A stretch of 46,624 nt of DNA, taken from a virus. The position numbers were made by a program, and so were the translations under genes. Location: positions 1-46,624 of the IMG/VR virus record IMGVR_UViG_3300010371_000014; one strand, 5' to 3'. Below, in pieces: positions 31,621 to 41,100 of this stretch. The notes under the pieces are model-generated. The model worked only from the letters and a program-made list of their open reading frames with translations, did not search any database and had not been told where the DNA came from. How positions within the stretch are numbered: position 1 is the first letter of the stretch; the number at the start of each line of letters is the position of its first letter.

Positions 31621-32646
31621 ATGCCGTCGACCAAGCGATTGTTCTACAGCAACAACCTGGGGAGCAACGTGCGTTTTGCACGGGCGCTACCAGGATCGTA
31701 TGCTGCGCTCGGTGGTATCAGTAGCTTCACTCGACCCGATGGTGCGACGCCCATCGCTACATCGTTTGACGCCAACGGTGTACTACAAACGATCGCACAG
31801 AATGTGCTGCGCGATGCACATTATATCGGAGGGCGACGCACGATCCTGCTTGAAGAGAGTCGGCTCAATAACTACCTGCACTCTGAGCAGCTCGATAGTG
31901 CTCCGTGGGTAACGAGTAATGCTTCGGTTACTGCCAACGCGGCTGCGGCTCCTGATGGAAATGCGACGGCAGATGCATTGATTGAAGCTGCTACGAACTC
32001 GTCACACAACATTTCGCAGATCATTCTGAACACTGCATGGACCGATAACACGGCGCAATCTTTCTCAGTATTCGTCAAAGCCGGTGCACGCTCATGGGTG
32101 TTGATCAGCGTGCGCAGCAAGGCGGCAGTTTTCAGCTCAGTGTATTTCAACACCACCACTGGCACATTTGGAACAGTCACAGCAAGTTGCACTGCAACCG
32201 CCACACCTATCGGTAATGGATGGTACTGGCTGCGGATCACATTGAACTCATCACAGTCTGGCGCGACGCAGCCCAACTGGTTTCTCGCTTGGACGACAGG
32301 CAATAATACATCGAGTTTTCTTGGTGACGGTGTGAGTGGTGGACTATTCTGGGGAGCTGATGCTGAGCACAATAAGGCGTTCGCCACGAGTTATATTTCA
32401 ACCGCTGCGTTGACTGTGACGCGCGCTGTTGATGCACTCACGCTGGTGGGATCACCGATCGTCGGTACGTTGTTTTACCACTACTGGGATCTGGCCACGT
32501 CGGCCTGGGCAAGTGCTGTCGCAGCCTACGCCGGCAATGCGGCTATCACGCCACCAGTCAATCGTGCGTACGACTGCATTGCAGTGGTGCAAGGCACACG
32601 AACAGCAGCACAGTGCAAGACGATTCTCGGAGGCAGCTTGCCATGA
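31621..32646 (+). CDS. Fibre / carbohydrate-binding (ConA-like lectin-type) protein, 341 aa.
   Basis: I set the start at ATG 31621, 2 nt after the previous stop. The pattern is typical of phage fibre lectin domains: APDGNATADALIE...FSVFVKAG...GNGWYWLRI...LFWGADAEHNKAFATSYIST. GC is visibly lower (about 45-53% in the lines I counted). Confidence 0.5.
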   Translation: MPSTKRLFYSNNLGSNVRFARALPGSYAALGGISSFTRPDGATPIATSFDANGVLQTIAQNVLRDAHYIGGRRTILLEESRLNNYLHSEQLDSAPWVTSNASVTANAAAAPDGNATADALIEAATNSSHNISQIILNTAWTDNTAQSFSVFVKAGARSWVLISVRSKAAVFSSVYFNTTTGTFGTVTASCTATATPIGNGWYWLRITLNSSQSGATQPNWFLAWTTGNNTSSFLGDGVSGGLFWGADAEHNKAFATSYISTAALTVTRAVDALTLVGSPIVGTLFYHYWDLATSAWASAVAAYAGNAAITPPVNRAYDCIAVVQGTRTAAQCKTILGGSLP

Positions 32647-33305
32647 CCGATCCCGGTGGTCCGATTCACATCTTCAACCTCGCGTTGTCACATCTGATGA
32701 TCGGGGTGGAAGTGCAGACATGGAGTGATCCATCGAAAGAAGCGGCGACGCTGCGTCGCTACTACCCGACCGCACGTCGCAAAGTGCTGCGTGACTTCCC
32801 ATGGCCATTTGCCACGAAGATCGTGCCGCTCGCTCTGGTGAGCGGATCGCCAACAGCGCCGGCAAGCACCGAGTACACGTATGCGTATCGTACACCGCAG
32901 GACAATCTCCGTCTTGTGCGGATCTTGAGCGGCTTGCGACAAGACTCTGTTCGGACGCGCGTCGTGTATCGCGAACTGAGCGATGACGAAGGTCCGCTTA
33001 TCTACACTGATTTCCCGCCGCAGCTGGCGCAAACGATTCCGGCGGTGTTGCCGCAGCTGCCGCAGCTCGAGTACATCTGGGATAACAACAATCATGCGAC
33101 GTTCAAGCCAGACTTCGAGCTCGCCTTGTCGTTCTATCTGGCGTTTCTCGCTGCACCTCGGTTGACGAAAGCTGACCCAACGAAACTCGGCGATCGTGCG
33201 TTCACACTGTACACGAAGCAGATTGAAGAGGCGCGCGATAACACCATGAATGAGCAGCAGCCTGATCCGCCGCAGGAATCGTCATTTGTGCAGGTGCGCG
33301 AATGA
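32643..33305 (+). CDS. Tail tubular protein A / adaptor (T7 gp11-like), 220 aa.
   Basis: ATGA overlap with the upstream stop. FNLALSHLMIGVEVQTW...EAATLRRYYPTARRKVLRDFPWPFA resembles the N-terminal block of gp11-type proteins. It lies directly before a gp12-sized gene. Confidence 0.5.
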   Translation: MTDPGGPIHIFNLALSHLMIGVEVQTWSDPSKEAATLRRYYPTARRKVLRDFPWPFATKIVPLALVSGSPTAPASTEYTYAYRTPQDNLRLVRILSGLRQDSVRTRVVYRELSDDEGPLIYTDFPPQLAQTIPAVLPQLPQLEYIWDNNNHATFKPDFELALSFYLAFLAAPRLTKADPTKLGDRAFTLYTKQIEEARDNTMNEQQPDPPQESSFVQVRE

Positions 33306-35917
33306 CGCAGGTGCTGCCAAACAATGCCACGCAGCGGTCACAAGCCGCTGGTGAGTTGTCGCCTGAGATGTACGGGCACACTGATCAGGAGAAATACGAA
33401 TCCGGATTGCGTATCTGTCGCAACACCATTGTCCTCCGACAGGGCGTGACCAGCAATCGTCCCGGTCTGGAGTTTGTTGCCAGTGCCAAGGATCAAGCAA
33501 CAGCAGTGCGATTGTTGAAGTTTGAGTTCAGTAGCAAGGATGCGCTGGTGATGGAGTTCGGCAATCTCTACGTGCGCTTTTACAAGTTCGGTGCTCAGGT
33601 GGTAGCTACAGGTGTCGCGCCGTACAGCACGTTGGTGAACTACGTCCCCGGCGACATGGTCACGCAAGGGTTCGGTCTCGGTGAAGTCACCTACGTCTGC
33701 TTGCAGCCGAGCGGCCCAGCTGATCTGGTGTCGCCGCCATTCCCCGGCTATTGGTATCCGCTCGTTGACGCCATCTACGAAGTTGGTACACCGTACACGA
33801 CGGCTGACCTCGCTGGACTCAACATTGCGCAGTCTGCTGATGCGGTGACGATCGTGCATTCGCTATACCCACCAGCGCAGCTCAAGCGATTCGGCGACAC
33901 CAACTGGCAGTACAGTGTGATTGCTTTTGGACCGTCGATTGCGACTCCCACGGGGATCAATGTCACAGGAACGGTGGATCTGACTGGACATCTCTATCAG
34001 TACGGCGTGACGGCGATCGATGCAGTGACTGGAGAGGAATCGTACGTTGATGCCTCAGGTGAACAGGCACTCAAGGACCCGTCACTCACCGATCCACAAA
34101 CCATTACGTGGACCGCCGTAGCTGGGGCTGGATCGTACAACGTCTATATCGGCATCGATAAGTCAGCACTCTTCTTTCTGAGCGCAGCACCTGGGAATAC
34201 GTTTATCAACGCTGGTGCTGTCACACTCGACAACACGCGCACACCGCCTGTTGATCCGCAAGTGTTCATCGGTGCCGGTAACTACCCGAGTGTGGCAGGA
34301 TTTTATCAGCAGCGGCAGATGTTCGCCAACAGTCTCAATCAGCCCAATCGCATTTGGGGGTCACGGACAGGACGATTCAACAACTTCTCGATCAGTTCAC
34401 CGATTCAAGAAGATGATGCCGTAATCTTCGACCTTGTCTCTAGTACGCTGGATACGGTGCAGCAACTGATCGATCTCGGACGACTGCTCGTCGCCACTGA
34501 CGGTGCAGAGTGGCTGGCCGATGGCGACACACAGAACATTCTCTCGCCAACAGCGATCAACGCACGTGTGGGCAGCTACAATGGCAGCGCACCGCTACGC
34601 ACGCTGAAGGTGGATTTCAATATTCTCTATGTGCAGTCGCTTGGCACGACGATTCGCAAGCTGACGGCGAACATTCTCTATGGCTACTACACATTTGCAG
34701 GTGAGGATCTCACGCTTTTTTCGTCACACCTCTTTGAGGGTTTCCAGGTCAGCGATTGGGACTGGGCACAGCAGCCGAACTACACCGTGTGGGCAGTGCG
34801 TTCAGATGGCACGCTGCTCGGCCTGACGTTCTTGCCAGAGCAGAAGCTGCAAGCGTGGCATCGACACGACACACTCAATGGCGCTTTTGAAAGCGTCGCC
34901 GTCATCCCAGAGAACGGCGTGAACGCCGTCTATCTGGCCGTCCGTCGCACGATCAACGGACAGACTGTACGCTACATTGAACGCATGTCGTCGCGGCTGG
35001 TGCTGGATACCCTGCGTGATCCAAAGTTCATGGATGCCAGTCTCTCATTTGACGGCACGAATCTCACCGGCGATACGCTGACGATCAGTGGTGGCGTGCC
35101 TGATACGCCGGCAGTTCCATTCATTCCCGGCTCAGGGAGTACACCACCGCAGCTCGTGTTGCCGGCGCAGTCGGGATGGGGACAGGGTGTACTGCTCACG
35201 CTGACTTCGAGTGGCGGATTCTTCACGGCGCAGATGGTGGGTGATGCGTTCTTCATCACTGGCCCGACGCTAGGTGAGCTCGTTCGTTTCACGGTAGCCA
35301 CGTATGTGAGCGCCACGGCCGTACAAGGATACGTTGATATCGATGTGCCACTCGATATGCAGAATGTGGCGCTCACCACGTGGGCGCATGCTGTGGCAGC
35401 TGTTGGCGGTTTGCAACATCTTGAGGGACAGCAGGTCGCGATCTACGCAGATGGCGCAGTGGTCGGGAGTCCAAATAATCCTGACTACACCGTGTACACC
35501 GTCACGAACGGGGTTGTGACGCTCGACAAGCCCCGTGCGATCATTTGCGTGGGACTGCCGTATCTGTCGGACGTTGAAACACTTGACATCGATATGCCGC
35601 ATAGTACCTCAGCGAAGTCGCAGCGGATGAACGTCTCGGCCGTCGGACTGCTCGTCAGGGCATCGCGTGGGATTTTCATCGGCGGCCGTGAGCCGGTGAC
35701 GAGCACCACTGATGGTCTTGTGGAGATGAAACTTCGTGACACTGAAGAAATGGGATTGGCACACGGCGAACCCGTCAGTCCGGTCTCTCGGTACATCGAA
35801 CAGTCCATCGAATCCGAATGGAATAGCAATGGTCGTGTTTTTATCCGACAGGTTGATCCGGTGCCACTCACTCTGTTGTCCATCTCAGCACTGGGGAATG
35901 TCCCCACGGGAGCCTAA
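33302..35917 (+). CDS. Tail tubular protein B / nozzle (T7 gp12-like), 871 aa.
   Basis: The size, the position after the gp11-like gene and the beta-rich composition fit. It has an ATGA overlap with the upstream gene. Confidence 0.5.
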   Translation: MTQVLPNNATQRSQAAGELSPEMYGHTDQEKYESGLRICRNTIVLRQGVTSNRPGLEFVASAKDQATAVRLLKFEFSSKDALVMEFGNLYVRFYKFGAQVVATGVAPYSTLVNYVPGDMVTQGFGLGEVTYVCLQPSGPADLVSPPFPGYWYPLVDAIYEVGTPYTTADLAGLNIAQSADAVTIVHSLYPPAQLKRFGDTNWQYSVIAFGPSIATPTGINVTGTVDLTGHLYQYGVTAIDAVTGEESYVDASGEQALKDPSLTDPQTITWTAVAGAGSYNVYIGIDKSALFFLSAAPGNTFINAGAVTLDNTRTPPVDPQVFIGAGNYPSVAGFYQQRQMFANSLNQPNRIWGSRTGRFNNFSISSPIQEDDAVIFDLVSSTLDTVQQLIDLGRLLVATDGAEWLADGDTQNILSPTAINARVGSYNGSAPLRTLKVDFNILYVQSLGTTIRKLTANILYGYYTFAGEDLTLFSSHLFEGFQVSDWDWAQQPNYTVWAVRSDGTLLGLTFLPEQKLQAWHRHDTLNGAFESVAVIPENGVNAVYLAVRRTINGQTVRYIERMSSRLVLDTLRDPKFMDASLSFDGTNLTGDTLTISGGVPDTPAVPFIPGSGSTPPQLVLPAQSGWGQGVLLTLTSSGGFFTAQMVGDAFFITGPTLGELVRFTVATYVSATAVQGYVDIDVPLDMQNVALTTWAHAVAAVGGLQHLEGQQVAIYADGAVVGSPNNPDYTVYTVTNGVVTLDKPRAIICVGLPYLSDVETLDIDMPHSTSAKSQRMNVSAVGLLVRASRGIFIGGREPVTSTTDGLVEMKLRDTEEMGLAHGEPVSPVSRYIEQSIESEWNSNGRVFIRQVDPVPLTLLSISALGNVPTGA

Positions 35918-35920
35918 GCG

Positions 35921-36475
35921 ATGAGCGCCACAGCTTCACTGATGCTCACTGGTGCTCGCGCTACCGATGTGGCGATCGGGCAGTTCAGTCAAGCGACTGC
36001 CGCGAATGCACGCGGGACTTATCAGAAAGCACAGTACGATCGGAATGCCACGATCGCGGCCACCGAGGCAACGCAAGCGATCGCCGAAGGTGACGTTGCA
36101 GCAGGACAGCGTCGTGCGGCAGGACGCGAAGAGCTCGGCGCTGATCGTGCATCGTACGGTGCACAGGGCGTGAGCGTTGATTCAGGAAGCGCCGTTGACG
36201 TGCAAGCGAACACGGCGCGTTTCAGTGCCTTGGATGCCATGACCATTCGGAATAATGCTGCGCGGAAGGCATGGGGCTACAATGTTGAAGCGCAGAACGA
36301 CACAGAGCAGGGGATTCTCGCCAAGCTCGGCGGTGAGAACACGGCTGAGGGGCTCCGGTCGCAAGCAGCTGGCACATTGCTCACCGGTGCATCGGAGATG
36401 TACAGCCTCTACACTGATCAGCGCAAGAAGCAGCCGCTTTCACCGGGGCGGATGACCGGCGGGAGGACACAGTAA
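35921..36475 (+). CDS. Internal virion (ejected core) protein A-like, 184 aa.
   Basis: It lies after the tail tube genes. DRASYGAQGVSVDSGSAVDVQANTARFSALDAMTIRNNAARKAWGY matches a block I recall from small internal core proteins of podoviruses. Confidence 0.4.
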   Translation: MSATASLMLTGARATDVAIGQFSQATAANARGTYQKAQYDRNATIAATEATQAIAEGDVAAGQRRAAGREELGADRASYGAQGVSVDSGSAVDVQANTARFSALDAMTIRNNAARKAWGYNVEAQNDTEQGILAKLGGENTAEGLRSQAAGTLLTGASEMYSLYTDQRKKQPLSPGRMTGGRTQ

Positions 36476-38196
36476 TGCCAATGTCAACCGCGCCGACACC
36501 AAAGGGTCCCAGCGAGGGACTGGCACCTCTGCCTGGTCCGCGCATCTCGACTGACGCACCGATTGAAGCCTTTGGTGGTGGACGTGCTGACCGGACGATC
36601 GACGTCAGTGGCATGCAACGTGCGATGGTTGATCTGTATCAGCGCGAGCATGCGAATGCCACCGAAGTAGCCATCAATGATGCTGACAATCAGCTCCAAG
36701 GGTTGTCGACGAAACTGCTCTACGATCCTGATCAGGGTGCGCTGAATAAGATGGGGAAGGATGCGTTTAGTACGCCGGAGAAGGTGCAAGAGGGCTGGCA
36801 GAAAGGCGTCAGTGATATTGCCGCGTCACTCGGCACACCGGAGCAGCAGGAGCTCTTTCAGCATCGCGCACAGGCGCGCTGGCAGTCGGTCAACGCTGAG
36901 GTGCAGCGCCATGTTGGTGAGCAGAAGAAAGTGTACGAAGCGCAGACCACGCAAGACTTCATCAAGAACCGACAGGACGATGCGCTCCACGCGGTCACAC
37001 CGCAGGGCTTGGACGAACCGAAGGTCGATCAGTCGATCGCCGAGCAGCAGGCAGTCATCGCCGATCACGGCCGTCGCAACGGCTGGTCGGATGAGATGAT
37101 CAAGGCCGAGACGGCCAAGCAAGTGAGCACAACGTATAGTCACGTGATCAACTCACTCTTGGATGGTGAACAGGACATTGCTGCGAAAACATTCTACGAC
37201 AAGCATCAAGACCAGCTCCAAGGCGCTGAAGCCTTGCAGGTGGGCAAGGCGGTCAAAGAAGGATCGTCGCGGGGCGAGTCACAGCAGCAGTTTGATCGCA
37301 TCATGTCAAAGCCGGATATCGATGAACCAGCGGCAGTCAAGGCGGCACGCGACATCGATGATCCGCGTGTCCGTGACTTGACTGAACAGCGCGTGCGACA
37401 GGAGTTCACCGAACGCCGGCAAGCGGCCACGGCGGCACGCGAGCAGAATCTGCAGAACGTGGCCGACTTCATTGATCAGACTGGCGGCAAGAAAGATCCA
37501 CCGCCGTCGATGTGGTCAGGACTGACCGGCGCTGAGCGGGTCGAAGTCGCAAAGTGGCGGCAGCAGAAGATCGACGGTGTGAAGCCCACGACCAACTGGA
37601 CGTACTTCTACGATCAGATGCAGCTGGCGTCCAGCGATGCCGGCCGTGAGCAGTTCCTGCATGAACCACTCCTGGCGCATCGCAGTGAGCTCGCTGATCC
37701 GCAGTTCGAGAAGCTGACGGACTTGCAAGCGAGCCTTCGGAAGGGCGAAGACAAGAGCGACGACCTGGCGGGCTACCGGACATCGACAGGCATCGTGCAC
37801 GATGCACTCACCGCAGCTGGCATCAATCCGAATGCCAAGGCTGGATCTGATGATGCGACCGCCGTCGCGTTGTTCCATAGTGAAGTCGATGCGCAGATTG
37901 AGCAGTTCAAGCAGGATAAGGAACGACCCGCTGGCCCGAAGGACGTACAAGACATCGTGGACAAGTTGATGCTCAAGAGCACGATTCCAGGCAGCGGATT
38001 CAACTTCCTTGGCCACACGTTCAATCAGCGTCGGGGCTCGCTCTTCGAGCAGCAGGTCACGAAACTCAACGAGATTCCGGCTGCTGAGCTTCTACAGATC
38101 AAGGCCGCACTCCGTGCATACAATCGTCCGACGACCGAAGCGAACATCATTAGCACTTATCAACTGGGGCACATGAAGCCACAGGCGAAGCCATGA
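36475..38196 (+). CDS. Internal virion (ejected core) protein B-like, 573 aa.
   Basis: TAATG junction with the upstream gene. The sequence is helical and charged. It sits between the small and giant core proteins, as with T7 gp15. Confidence 0.4.
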   Translation: MPMSTAPTPKGPSEGLAPLPGPRISTDAPIEAFGGGRADRTIDVSGMQRAMVDLYQREHANATEVAINDADNQLQGLSTKLLYDPDQGALNKMGKDAFSTPEKVQEGWQKGVSDIAASLGTPEQQELFQHRAQARWQSVNAEVQRHVGEQKKVYEAQTTQDFIKNRQDDALHAVTPQGLDEPKVDQSIAEQQAVIADHGRRNGWSDEMIKAETAKQVSTTYSHVINSLLDGEQDIAAKTFYDKHQDQLQGAEALQVGKAVKEGSSRGESQQQFDRIMSKPDIDEPAAVKAARDIDDPRVRDLTEQRVRQEFTERRQAATAAREQNLQNVADFIDQTGGKKDPPPSMWSGLTGAERVEVAKWRQQKIDGVKPTTNWTYFYDQMQLASSDAGREQFLHEPLLAHRSELADPQFEKLTDLQASLRKGEDKSDDLAGYRTSTGIVHDALTAAGINPNAKAGSDDATAVALFHSEVDAQIEQFKQDKERPAGPKDVQDIVDKLMLKSTIPGSGFNFLGHTFNQRRGSLFEQQVTKLNEIPAAELLQIKAALRAYNRPTTEANIISTYQLGHMKPQAKP

Positions 38197-41100
38197 CCGG
38201 TCCCGCTGTTCCACTGACCGCACCGCCGAACTACACCGAACTCCTCGGTGAGCAGACGCCGACGGCACCCAAGGACGACAATCCGTACTTGGATGTCCTC
38301 AAACAGCAGACACAACAGAGCGGACAGCAGATCAAGCAGTCGGTCGCCGTGGCCTCGCAGCGCGGCACACCCGAGCGGTGGGCCAAAGTCTTGGAGATGT
38401 CGCAGAAGACCAAGCTGCCAACTGACGTCGTTGATCGCAACTACGACGAACTCACAGCAGCCGATGATCGCAATAGTCTCGATCACAATGATATCGCACA
38501 CGAAACGCCTGCGGTCGGACAATGGTTACACGATCCGGATAACGCGACACTCGGCCGTCGTGAGATTCCAGCACTCCAGTCGATTGAACGCGGTGTCCGA
38601 CAGTTGCAGCCGCCTGACCTCACGCCGGCACATCAGAGTGGGATGCTCTCAGCGCTCGGTGCGAGCGTCAATGATACGCATGCGACCGCGTGGCAGCTCG
38701 GGGCGGTCTTCGGCTTGACGGATCCTGCCACGGCGGCTGGACAGATCGCTGAGGCCAACCGTCGATCCAAGGCGATCGCGGCCAACGCACCAGACTACGC
38801 CAAGGAGTTCCAAGCTGCCATGGCGCAACACGCTGGCGATGTCAATGCGGCATTCCGCAGCTTCACCGATGCTAGCGCGGCGTTGCGTCGGCGTGACATC
38901 TTGAGTGCCCTACAGCAGTACGGCACTGGTGCTGTCAAGACGGTGGGCGAAGCGCTGGATATGGCGGGCGCGGCAGCTACACGCGGACGAGGGCTGACCT
39001 ACTCGCTCCTGCAGGGACTCGGCTCGATGCTCCCAGTCCTCGAGGGGACCACGATAGGCACGGGCACAGGTGCAGCACTTGGTTCAGTGGTCCCCGTGCT
39101 TGGCACAGCAGTTGGCGGTTTCGTTGGCGGTGTCGTTGGCACGTTCGGTGGCATGTTGCCCGTGTCTGTAGGACAAGCGATCAGTGACGAGTTCAAGAAG
39201 CGTGGCATCGATCCGACAGATGAAGTGGCCTTGCAGAAAGCGCTGTCCGATCCTACCCTTATGGCGTCGCTGCGATCGACGGCGTTGAAGAAAGGATTGA
39301 CGGTTGCCGGCGTGACATCGCTCTTTGCAGCATTCGCTGGCGCGGCATCAGCCGCCGCTCGCGGTGCTGGCACGGTTACGCGGGCTGCGGCCGCAGCGAC
39401 TGACGTTGGGGTACAAGCAGCGGGGCAAGGCGTCGCACAGCTCGCAGGGGGCAAGGTAGCAGGCGAGAAAGCCGATCCGGGCGCAGCGTTGAGCACAGCG
39501 ATCAGCATGCTGGGCTTCGGTGTCGCAGAAGGAGCCCTCGGCGCAGGACGGCGTGGCCTCTTCCACGCTGATCCGGTCGAAGCAGCCGAGGAAGTGCACA
39601 AGGCCACTGATGATGCACTGACCTCAGTGAAGAATGCACAGGTGCTGCAGGAAGTCGGGAAGGCGATTGAAGAAGCGCCGACCACAGCGGCAGCTCCCGA
39701 TCGTCTCAAGCAGCTCATCGAGACAGCGTCCGGTGGGAAGGATGCGTCGCACGTCTACTTTCAGGACGAAGCGTGGGACAAATACTGGACCGGTCAGGGC
39801 GCATCGCCTGCCAAGGCGGCGGCTGATATCATGGGGGACGGCGGGAAGGCGTATGATCGTGCGAAGGCCACGGGTGCCCCGCTCGCGATTCCCATGGGCG
39901 ACTACATGGCGAAGGTCGGTCCTGATCCCGAACATTGGGCTGGGTTGCTGCAAGATGCGCGGACTGTCATCGATGGCCCATCGCTGAAAGAAGCGCAAGA
40001 GCATCTCGAGGCGCTGCCGGCCACGATGAGCGCACTCGCCAAGGAAGCGCAGGGTGTCACTGAGGAACCGGCTGGTGAGCCACTGACGATCAAGCAGCAG
40101 GTGGCCGAGCAGCTCCAAGGCGCTGGCATGTCGGCCATGGAAGCGAAGCCAAATGCACAGATTCTCGAATCGGTCTTCAAGACGTTGGGCGAACGGGCTG
40201 GCATTGATCCCAATGAGCTGTATAAGCGGTATGGGCTGACAGTTGATCGTGGCGAGCAATCTGTCGAAGGACAAGGACTAGAACAGCGTGGTCATCAACC
40301 GCGACTGGTATCTGATGATCTCCATCGTCTTGCTATACATCTTGAGGAACTTTCGAGAACTGCGGAAGAAGAACCGAAGGCTTCACAAGAGGCACTGGAA
40401 GACGCTGCCACACTCCGAGACATGGCTAGACTCGTTGAAGGAGGAGCTTCTCGCGAGGATATCAATAAAGAAATGGGAAAACGGGGTATTGATATTGATC
40501 ATCCGCTTTCTGACCTATTGAAGGACCCAGAGAAAGGTGCTCCTATCTTTGTCAAGTGGATGCGCGGTGCTGATATCCTTGGTGCGCAACGATCAACGTT
40601 CAATCAGGGCGGACCGGCCATCCCGCTTCCTGAGGGGATGTACTCCAAGGCCGAGCGCGTCATCAATGAGAAGATGGGCGGCAAAGCGAAACCGAGTGAG
40701 ATTCGGAAGATGCTCACGAACGCTGGTATCAAGGCAGATGAACTAGAGTGGACAGGACTTAGGTCTTTTCTCGACGAGCGCCTGCCTGATGAGGCTGAGT
40801 CAAAAGAAGCTGTGCTCCAGCATCTGCAAGCGCATCGGTTGGATGTTCTCGAAGTGCAGAATGATGCGAAAGGCGGCGCGACATTTGATGAGCATGCTGT
40901 GCAAGAGTATATGGACGAGCGTATGCAAGAAGATGCACGTGCTATGGCAGAAGAAGTCATGGAAGGTGCACGTCTTCGCCCGCATCTACAGATTGTTGAA
41001 GGTGAAAATGGGCTGTGGGAAATACAAGGTCCAAAAGGTGAGAATCTGTACTATGGTGGCAAGAACGAGCCCATTCCAGATTTGGACAATAACACCTACG

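Noticed and set aside
28112-33305. Diversity-generating retroelement. I looked for one because the head module resembles that of BPP-1-like phages.
   Set aside because: No reverse transcriptase ORF exists anywhere in the closed genome, and I noticed no template/variable repeat pair near the 3' ends of the fibre or spike genes.
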